NCBI RefSeq assembly: GCF_000025505.1
Contig: NC_013849.1
Span: forward strand, 930,001 to 962,000
Direction: 5' to 3'
Length of the DNA: 32,000 nt
From: Ferroglobus placidus DSM 10642
GTDB taxonomy: Archaea > Halobacteriota > Archaeoglobi > Archaeoglobales > Archaeoglobaceae
Shown: one piece after another, positions 18,413 to 26,788 of the stretch
How the letters are laid out: each line of letters starts with the position of its first letter
Numbering within the stretch: the first letter of the stretch is position 1
The notes under the pieces: model-generated
What the model was told of the DNA's origin: nothing
Database searches by the model: none
Seen by the model: the letters and a program-made list of their open reading frames with translations, nothing else
Translations under genes and position numbers: made by a program

Positions 18413-19849
18413 TTGTCGATGAATGCCGAGATCGCTCTGATCGTCTTCCTCACTTACTGGCTGATAATCGAAGCTTTAAGAACTAAAGGCGTGCTCGAAA
18501 AATACGACATAACTGCCTACGGACCTTTACTGATGATCAGATCGAAAAGGATCGTTGGATTTCTAAAAAAGCTCTCTAAGTACGAGAGATTCTGGAGAAT
18601 ATACGCTATCGTCGGAGTTCCTCTTATATTCATCGGAATGGCTTTCATGTTCTTCCTTATAATTTTCATGGACTACGTTCTTCTGACTTCTCCACCTCCC
18701 CCTTCGGAAATAACGAGCCCGAGAAACGTTCTACTGATTCCGGGAGTTAACCAGTTCATTCCGCTGATATGGGGAGCAATAGGACTTCTCGTAACGCTAA
18801 TCGTTCACGAGTTTAGCCACGGCATTCTTGCTTTGGTCGAGAAAATTAGAGTGAAGTCAGTAGGAGTTCTCCTCCTCCTTCTACCGATAGGAGGATTTGC
18901 TGAGCCTGATGAGGAGGAGCTGAAAAAGGCTGAGACGAGTAAAAAGATTAGGGTTTTCGCAAGCGGAATCACCGGAAACTTCATCGTCGCCGCTTTAGCT
19001 TTCGTCCTCTTCTTCCACTTCCTCTCTTACATCTCCCCAGCAGTGGCTGTTCTACACGACTCGAGCGGAAGAATCGAAGCTGGAACGAAGATAGTTGAGG
19101 TGAACGGGGTAAAGATTAAAACCCCCGAAGATTTCGAAAAAGCCATAACGAAGACTCCTGTCAAAATCAAGCTCGAAAACGGAAAAGAGATCGTTCTTAA
19201 CGGAGTAGTTGGAGTGGAGATAATCGGAGTAATGAAAGACATGCCCGCCGAAGGAGTTCTAAAGGAAGGGATGATAATAGTCGAAGTAGACGGAAAGAGG
19301 ATCGTTTCAACTAAGCAGCTCGCCGAAATTTTGAAGAACAAGAAGCCGGGAGAAGAAATCACCTTGAAAGTTTGGAACGGATCGGGTTACGAAGTAAAGA
19401 GCCTCGTTCTTGGCGGAGAGGACAGGGCTTTGATGGGTGTTTACATAAGAGACAACGTCTCCGGAATCGTGCCGAGTTATCCCTATGCGGAGAGAATTCT
19501 CTCTACGCTGAAATCGATTCCTAAAATGATCACGAATCCGGCTGGCTGGGCTTTCGTCATGGCTATGCCGATAACGACGTTCAACAGCTTCTCGGGAATT
19601 TACGAAAAAATATTTTACGGAGACAAGGTTATTTTTTACGTTCTCAACGCCCTCTACTGGATAGGGTGGATAAACTTCTACGTCGGATTGTTTAACTGCC
19701 TTCCAGCCATACCCCTCGACGGGGGAAGGATATTTCAGGAATTCCTGAAGAAAGTTTCTCCGAAAGCTGAAAGCCTGAGCAAGGTTACGACCGTAATAGT
19801 TTTCGTTTCGATTGCTCTTTCAGTGATAATACCCAACGTGAGAGTATGA
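18413..19849 (+). CDS. Site-2 protease (M50) family membrane protease with PDZ domains
   Basis: 478 aa. LIVHEFSHGILALVE (HExxH), PDZ regions, C-terminal NCLPAIPLDGGRIFQEF. Alternative ATG at 18419. Confidence 0.93.
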   Translation: MSMNAEIALIVFLTYWLIIEALRTKGVLEKYDITAYGPLLMIRSKRIVGFLKKLSKYERFWRIYAIVGVPLIFIGMAFMFFLIIFMDYVLLTSPPPPSEITSPRNVLLIPGVNQFIPLIWGAIGLLVTLIVHEFSHGILALVEKIRVKSVGVLLLLLPIGGFAEPDEEELKKAETSKKIRVFASGITGNFIVAALAFVLFFHFLSYISPAVAVLHDSSGRIEAGTKIVEVNGVKIKTPEDFEKAITKTPVKIKLENGKEIVLNGVVGVEIIGVMKDMPAEGVLKEGMIIVEVDGKRIVSTKQLAEILKNKKPGEEITLKVWNGSGYEVKSLVLGGEDRALMGVYIRDNVSGIVPSYPYAERILSTLKSIPKMITNPAGWAFVMAMPITTFNSFSGIYEKIFYGDKVIFYVLNALYWIGWINFYVGLFNCLPAIPLDGGRIFQEFLKKVSPKAESLSKVTTVIVFVSIALSVIIPNVRV

Positions 19850-20718
19850 AGTGCGAGTGCGGAAGAGAAGCGATCGAGAGGGTCGGAGGAAGATACTACT
19901 GCAAGGAGTGCTATTCGAAGAGGTATCTAAGCTTAGTTGAGAGAAGCATCAGAAAGTACGGAATTTTAAAGAGAGGAGAAAAAGTTCTCGCAGCTATAAG
20001 CGGGGGAAAGGATAGCGTAGCCATGATAGCAGCTTTAAAAGAGCTCGAAGATAAGCTCGGAATTAAATTGGAGGCTTTGCACATAAACCTCGGAATAGGA
20101 GAGTACAGCAGAAAGTCCGAAGAGGTTAGTAGGAAAGTTTGTGAAGAGCTCGACGTTCCCCTCCACGTAGTATATCTTTCCGAATACGGATTCACTATAG
20201 GCGACGTGAAGAGAAAAGCTTGCAGCGTTTGCGGAAACGCGAAGAGGTACATAATGAACAGATTCGCAAGAGAAGAAGGCTTTGACGTCATCGCCACAGG
20301 ACACTGCGCTGAGGATATCGTTGCAAACGTGTTAAAGAACCTCTACTCCGGAAACTTCGAGTGGAGCGAAAAGCTTCTTCCGAGGATAGAAGGCTACTTC
20401 AAATTCGTCTCGAAGGCTAAACCTCTTTACGAGATCGGTGAAAAAGAAAATCTTCTCTTCGTTCTCTCGAAGGGCATCACCTTCCTTCCTGATGAATGTC
20501 CGAAAGCTCCGGATCCAAAGTGGAAGGAGCTCGTTTATGAGATAGAAAAGAAAATTCCCGGATTTAAGAAGGGAGTCTTAAGAAGTCTCGTGAGAAGGGA
20601 AAAAGTTGAAAGCGAGTTAAAAAGCTGCAAAATCTGTGGAGAGCCGACTTCAGCTGAAATCTGTCAGTTTTGTAGAAACGTGAAAAAGTTTGGTAAGGTT
20701 AGGAAGATTCCTCTTTAG
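19846..20718 (+). CDS. TtuA/NcsA (CTU1)-family tRNA 2-thiolation PP-loop enzyme
   Basis: 290 aa. N-terminal CECG..YYCKEC, PP-loop AAISGGKDSVAM, CSVCGNAKR, TGHCAEDIVANVLKNLYSG, C-terminal CKICGEP...CQFC. Confidence 0.88.
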   Translation: MKCECGREAIERVGGRYYCKECYSKRYLSLVERSIRKYGILKRGEKVLAAISGGKDSVAMIAALKELEDKLGIKLEALHINLGIGEYSRKSEEVSRKVCEELDVPLHVVYLSEYGFTIGDVKRKACSVCGNAKRYIMNRFAREEGFDVIATGHCAEDIVANVLKNLYSGNFEWSEKLLPRIEGYFKFVSKAKPLYEIGEKENLLFVLSKGITFLPDECPKAPDPKWKELVYEIEKKIPGFKKGVLRSLVRREKVESELKSCKICGEPTSAEICQFCRNVKKFGKVRKIPL

Positions 20719-21394
20719 TCTCTTCTTTAACGTACCTCTCCACCAGCTCAACTTCCCTTATCTCCGGCAAATGCTCGAAAATTTTGTTCACCGCCGTAAT
20801 TTTTCCGAGAATGAAGAACTGGTTGAAAGCTACATCTTTTGGCACTTCCACTATCGCTTTTCCGTCCTCAACTTTTGCCTCAAGCTCTCTGCCCGTGTGA
20901 ATTAAGAACAGAGCTTTTATTTTCTCCACCGGGTCCTCTATTTTCTCCTTTATCTCGTACTCGAAGATTATCTTCTTTCCAGCCAGCGGATGGTTGAAGT
21001 CAATTATCGCTCTCCTTCCCACGACTTTTTCCACAACTCCGACTTTGTCTCCCACTCTAACCCTATCTCCGGGCTTCGGCTTTTCTTTGAACTTCTTGAG
21101 AGTAACCATCTCCTTCTTGTTCGGGTCGTATTCGCCGAAGGCTTTCTCCGGAGGAACTTCTACAGTTCCCTTGTATCCTACTTCCTTGCCGATTATGTCC
21201 TCCTCCAGCCCCTTCAAAACGTGTCCTTCTCCCACCACAATGACGATGTCCCCATACCTCGCGTGCTCCTCGTAAACTCCGGCTTCTTTAGCTACATTCT
21301 CGTCGGTGGAGTCGATCACCGTTCCGTCTTCGAGCTTAGCTGTGTAGCTTATCTTAACGAAGTCCCCTTCCTTGATCGTCATAACGAAAGCCAA
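20699..21394 (-). CDS. FKBP/SlyD-type peptidyl-prolyl cis-trans isomerase with C-terminal extension
   Basis: 231 aa. EGDFVKISYTAKLEDGTVIDST...VVGEGHVLKGLEEDIIGKEVGYKGTVEVPPEKAFGEYD. Probable start at internal ATG 21382. Confidence 0.93.
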   Translation of the reverse strand: MAFVMTIKEGDFVKISYTAKLEDGTVIDSTDENVAKEAGVYEEHARYGDIVIVVGEGHVLKGLEEDIIGKEVGYKGTVEVPPEKAFGEYDPNKKEMVTLKKFKEKPKPGDRVRVGDKVGVVEKVVGRRAIIDFNHPLAGKKIIFEYEIKEKIEDPVEKIKALFLIHTGRELEAKVEDGKAIVEVPKDVAFNQFFILGKITAVNKIFEHLPEIREVELVERYVKEETKEESS

Positions 21395-21433
21395 TTCAGA
21401 AAGGTATAAAAAATTTGGGAAAGATGTGAGGAA

Positions 21434-21961
21434 GTGGAAGTGGAGGCGAAATTCCCCCTTAAGGAGCCGGACAAGTTAAAGAGGATTTTGGCTGAGAAAG
21501 GTTCTTTTTTGAAGAAAAAGCTTGAAGAGGACGTATACTTCAACTCTCCATTCAGGGATTTTAAAGAGAGCGACGAGGCTTTGAGAGTTAGGAAGGACGA
21601 AGAAGGTGTGACGATAACGTACAAGGGTCCGAAGCTCGATAGCGAAACCAAAACGAGGGAGGAGATAAAGATAAAAGTCGACGATTTCGAAAAAGCTGTT
21701 GAGCTTCTAAAAAAACTCGGGTTCAAGCCGGTGAGGGAAGTGAAGAAGATCAGGGAGCTTTACGAGGTTGAAGGAGTGCTCGTTTGCGTTGACCACGTTT
21801 TCAACCTCGGAGATTTCGTTGAGTTCGAGATGGACAGTGAAGACGTCGAAACGGCTAAGGAGAAAATTTTCAGCTTAGCCGAAGAGCTCGGTTTCAAGAG
21901 GGAAGAGAGTCTGAGAGAGTCTTATCTGGAGATGCTCGAAAGAGTTAAATCCAATCAGTAA
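21434..21961 (+). CDS. CYTH-domain protein (CyaB/class IV adenylate cyclase or thiamine-triphosphatase-like)
   Basis: 175 aa from GTG start: VEVEAKFPLKEPDKLKRIL...YFNSPFRDFKESDEALRVRKDEEGVTITYKGPKLDSETKTREEI...VCVDHVFNLGDFVEFEM. Confidence 0.9.
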   Translation: MEVEAKFPLKEPDKLKRILAEKGSFLKKKLEEDVYFNSPFRDFKESDEALRVRKDEEGVTITYKGPKLDSETKTREEIKIKVDDFEKAVELLKKLGFKPVREVKKIRELYEVEGVLVCVDHVFNLGDFVEFEMDSEDVETAKEKIFSLAEELGFKREESLRESYLEMLERVKSNQ

Positions 21962-21973
21962 AAAATTTTTCTG

Positions 21974-22029
21974 AGATGATGAAATACCTCTCAGCGGAGC
22001 CGGGATGATGAACCCTCGTTAGGCTGAGA
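21974..22029 (+). ncRNA. C/D box sRNA (2'-O-methylation guide), copy 1 of tandem pair
   Basis: C box ATGATGA 21976-21982; 12-nt guide AATACCTCTCAG; degenerate D' CGGA 21995-21998; 6-nt spacer; C' ATGATGA 22005-22011; 12-nt guide ACCCTCGTTAGG; D box CTGA 22024-22027. Confidence 0.82.
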
Positions 22030-22084
22030 AATGATGACACCCTTGCCCCAAGACCGGCAATGATGAAAGGCATACGGTCTGATC
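22029..22084 (+). ncRNA. C/D box sRNA, copy 2 of tandem pair
   Basis: C box ATGATGA 22031-22037; 12-nt guide CACCCTTGCCCC; degenerate D' AAGA 22050-22053; 6-nt spacer CCGGCA; C' ATGATGA 22060-22066; 12-nt guide AAGGCATACGGT; D box CTGA 22079-22082. Confidence 0.85.
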
Positions 22085-23150
22085 AGACGAATTTGGATAA
22101 AAGCTCAACGACTCCAGAGACTTCGTAATTCAAGCCGTAATGCTCTCTCAAATCTTTAAGTTGCGTTCTGCAATTTTCGCAAATCGTCAGAACGTATTTC
22201 GCTTCTGTCTCTTTTATTTGCTCAGCCTTTTTCTTCCCAGCAACAAGTCTGAAGTCCTTCATCTCCGGAATGGCAACCAATCCTCCACCCCCTCCGCAGC
22301 AGAAGTTCTTTTCCTTGTTCGGCTTCATCTCTCTGAAATCCTCCGCGAAACTCCCTATAACTTTTCTCGGCTCCTCTATCAATCCCGAGTTTCTCGCTGC
22401 TTGACAAGGATCGTGATAGGTTACCGGCTCAGCCAAACCCCTTTTAACCTCCACTATTCCTTTTTCAACGTACTCTGCGGCGACCTCGACTATGCTTAAT
22501 ATCTCAAAATCCCTTCCAAACCACTCCCTCCAGAACATCTTGAAGACTCTGTAAGCGTGACCACATTCCGTAACGATTATTTTCTCAACACCAAGCTCCT
22601 CTGCTTCTCTGAATATTCTCTCGGAAACTTTCTTAGCGAGTTCCATATCTCCAAGAAAGAAGGCGAAGTTGGAGGCTTCGAAGTAACTTAAAGTCCAGTC
22701 CTCCTTAGCTAAATTGAAAAGCTTTGCAGCCGGAATTATCGTGTGCTCTCCTTGAAGGGGGACAAAGAGAATTTCAGCTTTTTTATTCAAAGGAATTTTC
22801 AAGTTGTGCTTTTTCTCAAGAAACCTTATCGCAGCTTCGTAGAATTGTTTGTGCTTCTCAAACTGCCTCCCTTTCTCAAGCTGAACTTCAACAAGCTCGA
22901 CGAGAGCTTTCGCTTTATTCTTAATTTCCTTCCTCGCTCTTGAAACGTAGGCAGATATCTCCACGGAAAAGGGGCAAAAGACTGTGCACCTTCTGCATCC
23001 GTTGCATTCGAAAGCGACAAAGTCTGCTTTTTTCCTTAGAATCCTTAATCTGTTGGGAGGAGCATGCTTCCACTCTTTCGTGGATGAAAAAATGTGGCAG
23101 TTTTCCAAGCAGTTACCGCATCTCACGCACAGAATTGCCGACTCTGGCAT
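22083..23150 (-). CDS. HdrD/DsrK-like iron-sulfur protein (4Fe-4S ferredoxin + CCG domains)
   Basis: 355 aa. CVRCGNCLENCHIF, CNGCRRCTVFCPF (two Cys clusters), CCG-type motifs TYHDPCQAARNSG..., NFCCGGGGG..., TICENCRTQL. Confidence 0.92.
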   Translation of the reverse strand: MPESAILCVRCGNCLENCHIFSSTKEWKHAPPNRLRILRKKADFVAFECNGCRRCTVFCPFSVEISAYVSRARKEIKNKAKALVELVEVQLEKGRQFEKHKQFYEAAIRFLEKKHNLKIPLNKKAEILFVPLQGEHTIIPAAKLFNLAKEDWTLSYFEASNFAFFLGDMELAKKVSERIFREAEELGVEKIIVTECGHAYRVFKMFWREWFGRDFEILSIVEVAAEYVEKGIVEVKRGLAEPVTYHDPCQAARNSGLIEEPRKVIGSFAEDFREMKPNKEKNFCCGGGGGLVAIPEMKDFRLVAGKKKAEQIKETEAKYVLTICENCRTQLKDLREHYGLNYEVSGVVELLSKFV

Positions 23151-23811
23151 TCTTCCACCTCACTAAGTAGTTGGAGTGAAAAACTCCGATTGAGTGGAAC
23201 AGCTTTCCAAAGGGCAAATAAGCTACGAGAAGCTGCGCTAAGAAAGCGTGAACGACTAAAGCTAAACTCCCCACTCTTATCTTCTCACCGGAGATTAAAG
23301 AGAGCAAATAGCCTTCCAAGCTTACGTCGTTCAACCTCAAGTACATTCCGCTGACTGCAACGCTTAAGAGTAGAATTAGCGCAAAGTAATCCTCCGCGGT
23401 GGAGATAACCCTGAGCTTTGCAACCCTTCTAACCAAAAGGAAAAGAAGTGTGAGAAAGAAGATCGCTCCAAGCGATGTTCCGAGAAAGTTTGCGAAACTC
23501 TCACCAACTTTAATTCCGAGAAACATCCTGATGTGTCCGAGCAAAATTACAAGCAGAGAGACGTGAAAGAGCCACGACAAAACCCAGAGAGATTTGTCGG
23601 ACGAAAAGAGAGTTTTAAAGAGAAACACGTCGCCGAAGTAGTCGGAAAGCTTTTTAAAGCCGCTTTTCGATGCTTTAGGGAAAACTGGAAATATTTTCAG
23701 TTTTACGGATAAGTACTTGTAAACTCTGAAGAACAATCCCGCAAAGAAAATAGCTGCGGTAACGAACGGAAGCTTATAGAGAACTATTTCTTCAAGGTAA
23801 ACTTGAAGCAT
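23113..23811 (-). CDS. Membrane b-type cytochrome-like subunit (NarI/DsrM-like), likely partner of the Fe-S protein
   Basis: 232 aa. Several TM segments: LSWLFHVSLLVILLGHIRMF, LVVHAFLAQLLVAYLPFGKLFHSIGVFH (His residues positioned for haem). Overlaps the DsrK/HdrD-like gene. Confidence 0.87.
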   Translation of the reverse strand: MLQVYLEEIVLYKLPFVTAAIFFAGLFFRVYKYLSVKLKIFPVFPKASKSGFKKLSDYFGDVFLFKTLFSSDKSLWVLSWLFHVSLLVILLGHIRMFLGIKVGESFANFLGTSLGAIFFLTLLFLLVRRVAKLRVISTAEDYFALILLLSVAVSGMYLRLNDVSLEGYLLSLISGEKIRVGSLALVVHAFLAQLLVAYLPFGKLFHSIGVFHSNYLVRWKNARVGNSVREMR

Positions 23812-23990
23812 TCGTTCTCCTCCACTTTAACAACCTTCCATCCGAGCTTTTCTGCTAAAGCCGGAATTTCGCTCAGAGTCCCCGGATCGGAAGTTAAAAC
23901 TACAAGCTCTCCGTTTCCCATCTCAAGTTCGCTTTTAAGCTTTATCACCGGCATCGGACACGTCAGTCCTCTCAAATCGAGTACCTTCAT
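23784..23990 (-). CDS. tusA: TusA-family sulfur carrier protein (ORF track extends to 24032)
   Basis: MKVLDLRGLTCPMPVIKLKSELEMGNGELVVLTSDPGTLSEIPALAEKLGWKVVKVEENECFKFTLKK; signature LRGLTCPMPVIK. Confidence 0.92.
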   Translation of the reverse strand: MKVLDLRGLTCPMPVIKLKSELEMGNGELVVLTSDPGTLSEIPALAEKLGWKVVKVEENECFKFTLKK

Positions 23991-24100
23991 ATGAAATTGT
24001 TTACATATGAAACTGATTAAAAATTTTGTCACGTAAAATTCAGCAAGTGAAAAAGAGAGCAGATCTGTCAGATTTCATGCGATTCAGTCGGTAATCGTGT

Positions 24101-25273
24101 TTAAAAGATGCTCGCTATCACCTCCCTCCACTTAGGTTTCGAGTAAGAGAGGGCGTAGAAGCTGAAGATTTTTGCCGAAACCTTGAGTGTAAACAAAGAA
24201 GTTAGCGCTAAGATGACGATTCCAGCAAAGACTTCCAAAGCTCCGGCGGAGTTTGAGGAGTAAAGAGCTGGCATCAAAACGGGAGAGGTTAAGGGAAGCA
24301 GTGCGAAAGCTTTCAGCAATGCAGAGTCTGGATTCATAGAGACAATTTGAAGCAAGAATATGGAGGGAAACAACGCTGCAAAGACTATTGCCGAAGCGAT
24401 TTGCTGAGAATCTCTTAAAGACGAAGAAACGGAGGCAATTGCGGAGAGAAGCGAAGCGTAGAAGATGTATCCGAAAATGAAGTAAGCCATCGAAACGATA
24501 AAAACTCCGAGGCTTAAGAGATTCGTTGAAATCAAAAAGATTGAAAAATAGCCAGCCAAAGCCAGCCACACGGAAGCCTGAATTAAGCCAGTTATAGCGT
24601 TTCCGAGGAATTTACCGAAGAAGATTTCCTCCGGAGAAGCTGAAGAAAACAAAATTTCCATAATTCTGCTCTCCTTTTCCTCGACAATCCCCTGCATGAG
24701 GTAGCCGGACGATGTAAAAATAGCCAGGAAGAGGAGGAGAGGAATGAAATACGATGCGAGGAAGTCGAAAGGTGATCTTTCTTCTTCTTTAATTTCCTCG
24801 AAGTCAATCCCTTTCGCGAATTTGTAAGCCAAGTCTCCGTACTTCTCCGCCAGCTTTAATTCCAATTCCTTATCCAAGCTGAAAAATCCTCTGCTCTTCT
24901 TTTTTACTGTAAAACTCTCCTCGAAATTTTCGGGAATTACGTAGTAAGCGTATATTTTTCCTTCTTCGAATGCCTTTTCAGCCTCCTCTTCGCTGCTAAA
25001 TTTTACGAAAACTATTTTTCTTTCAGAGGAGGCGTTCAAAAAAGGAATTTTCTCGATTTTAGGTACTTCGAAATAATTTTCGCTCAGAATTCCCGAATTA
25101 TCGACGACACCGACTTTTACTTCTTCGGGGAAGCCCAATTCTTGAATGAAGAGAACGGGCAGGAAAAAGGACGATACGATAAGAAGAGGAAATCCTATAA
25201 CCCCGAAAAGAAAGCCTTTCCTTCGGAGATTGTTCTTCAACTCTTGCTTAGCGACGATAATCGCTTTCTTCAT
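24101..25273 (-). CDS. ABC-2 type transporter permease (NatB/YhaP-like)
   Basis: 390 aa. N-terminal KQELKNNLRRKGFLFGVIGFPLL, large extracytoplasmic segment, then FTSSGYLMQGIVEEKESRIMEILFSSASPEEIFFGKFLGN. Confidence 0.93.
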   Translation of the reverse strand: MKKAIIVAKQELKNNLRRKGFLFGVIGFPLLIVSSFFLPVLFIQELGFPEEVKVGVVDNSGILSENYFEVPKIEKIPFLNASSERKIVFVKFSSEEEAEKAFEEGKIYAYYVIPENFEESFTVKKKSRGFFSLDKELELKLAEKYGDLAYKFAKGIDFEEIKEEERSPFDFLASYFIPLLLFLAIFTSSGYLMQGIVEEKESRIMEILFSSASPEEIFFGKFLGNAITGLIQASVWLALAGYFSIFLISTNLLSLGVFIVSMAYFIFGYIFYASLLSAIASVSSSLRDSQQIASAIVFAALFPSIFLLQIVSMNPDSALLKAFALLPLTSPVLMPALYSSNSAGALEVFAGIVILALTSLFTLKVSAKIFSFYALSYSKPKWREVIASIF

Positions 25274-26061
25274 TCCACGACCTCCCTGAAGAACACTTCC
25301 TCGAGCGACACCTTCCTCCTCCTGTAGGATACTATCTCGTAGCCGAGATCGATGAGCTCTCTAAGGCTTTTGTTCGTCAGCTCTTTCACAACTTTTCCAT
25401 CTTTAAGATACTCCACCTCGCAAACCTCCTCGTTTAAAAGCTCGTCAACTCTTCCAGACTTCACTTCCCTCCCGTTATTTATGAGGAGAACCCTATCGCA
25501 CAACCTTTCAGCGAGGTTGAGAATGTGAGTTGAGAGCAAAATACATTTACCTTTCTCTTTCATCTCCTTCACGACTTCCACGACGAGATTTATGTTCACA
25601 GCGTCAAATCCTGAGAAAGGCTCGTCAAGAACCAAAAGCTCCGGATCGTGCTGAATTGCCGCAATCAGCTGAACCTTCTGCTGCAACCCCTTAGAAAGCT
25701 CTTCCACCCTTTTATCGGCATGCTGACTCAAGCTGAATCTCTCGAGCCAGTAATCCGTATCCACTCCTCCCTTAAGCTCCGCAAAATATCTTAGAACTTC
25801 CTTCACCTTCCACTTCTTGTATAACCCCCTCTCTTCGGGCAGGTATCCAATTAAATCTCTGACCTCTTCAGGATTTTTGCCCGAAATTAATACTTCTCCA
25901 GAATCTGGTTTCAGTATTCCCACAACGATTCTGAGAGTCGTCGTCTTACCAGCTCCGTTAGGTCCCAAAATTCCAAAAACCTCCCCCTTCTCTGCTTTAA
26001 AGGAGAGCTTTCCGAGCTTGAAGTTTCCAATAGATTTCTCGATGCTCCTTACTTCCAGCAT
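25270..26061 (-). CDS. ABC transporter ATP-binding protein (NatA/CcmA-like)
   Basis: 263 aa. Walker A ILGPNGAGKTTTLRI, LSKGLQQKVQLI signature, Walker B LLVLDEPFSGFD. Overlaps the permease gene. Confidence 0.97.
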   Translation of the reverse strand: MLEVRSIEKSIGNFKLGKLSFKAEKGEVFGILGPNGAGKTTTLRIVVGILKPDSGEVLISGKNPEEVRDLIGYLPEERGLYKKWKVKEVLRYFAELKGGVDTDYWLERFSLSQHADKRVEELSKGLQQKVQLIAAIQHDPELLVLDEPFSGFDAVNINLVVEVVKEMKEKGKCILLSTHILNLAERLCDRVLLINNGREVKSGRVDELLNEEVCEVEYLKDGKVVKELTNKSLRELIDLGYEIVSYRRRKVSLEEVFFREVVE

Positions 26062-26158
26062 TCAGATGTCAACCGAAAGGCATTATGATAAAAATATTTC
26101 GTTATTAAAGGATTCTTCAAAAGGGAAGGCTTATAACGATCGATGTCGAATTCTTAAC

Positions 26159-26788
26159 ATGGTATCGCTCAGATGGTTCGGACACGCTTGCTTCGCGATA
26201 AAAGGGAGCAAAGTCGTCGTTACCGACCCCTTCCATCAAAAAGACGTGGGCTACCCAACGCCGAACGTCGAAGCTGATGTCGTAACCGTAAGCCACGACC
26301 ACTTCGACCACAACAAGGTCGAGGTGATAAAGGGAAATCCGAAGGTAATTGACAAAGCCGGAGAGTTTGAAGTGAACGGAGTGAGGATAAAAGGAGTCGA
26401 AACTTATCATGACAAAGCAAAGGGTTCGCAAAGAGGAAAGAACATAGTTTTCAAAATAGAGCTCGACGGGATAAAGTTCTGCCACCTCGGAGATTTGGGA
26501 CACGTTATCGAGGAGAGGGAAGCGAAGGAAATAGGAGAAGTAGACGTTTTGATGATTCCCGTCGGCGGCTACTTCACGATAGAGCCGGAAGAGGCTGACG
26601 AAGTTATCAGCATTCTCTCTCCAAAAGTCGTTGTGCCGATGCACTACAAAACTGAAGTCATCAACTTTCCGATCAAGCCAGTGGATGTGTTTCTTAAAGG
26701 AAAGGAGAACGTGAAAAAATTTGATGTAAGCGAGGTCGAAGTGAAAATTCCGGAAAAGCAAGAAATTTGGGTTTTAAAGTGGGGTTAG
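26159..26788 (+). CDS. Metal-dependent hydrolase, UPF0173/MBL-fold family (ORF track extends upstream to 25817)
   Basis: 209 aa from the ATG at 26159: MVSLRWFGHACFAIKGSKVVVTDPF...VVTVSHDHFDHNKVE...GEFEVNGVRIKGVETYHD...HLGDLGHV...VVVPMHYKTE. Confidence 0.93.
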   Translation: MVSLRWFGHACFAIKGSKVVVTDPFHQKDVGYPTPNVEADVVTVSHDHFDHNKVEVIKGNPKVIDKAGEFEVNGVRIKGVETYHDKAKGSQRGKNIVFKIELDGIKFCHLGDLGHVIEEREAKEIGEVDVLMIPVGGYFTIEPEEADEVISILSPKVVVPMHYKTEVINFPIKPVDVFLKGKENVKKFDVSEVEVKIPEKQEIWVLKWG

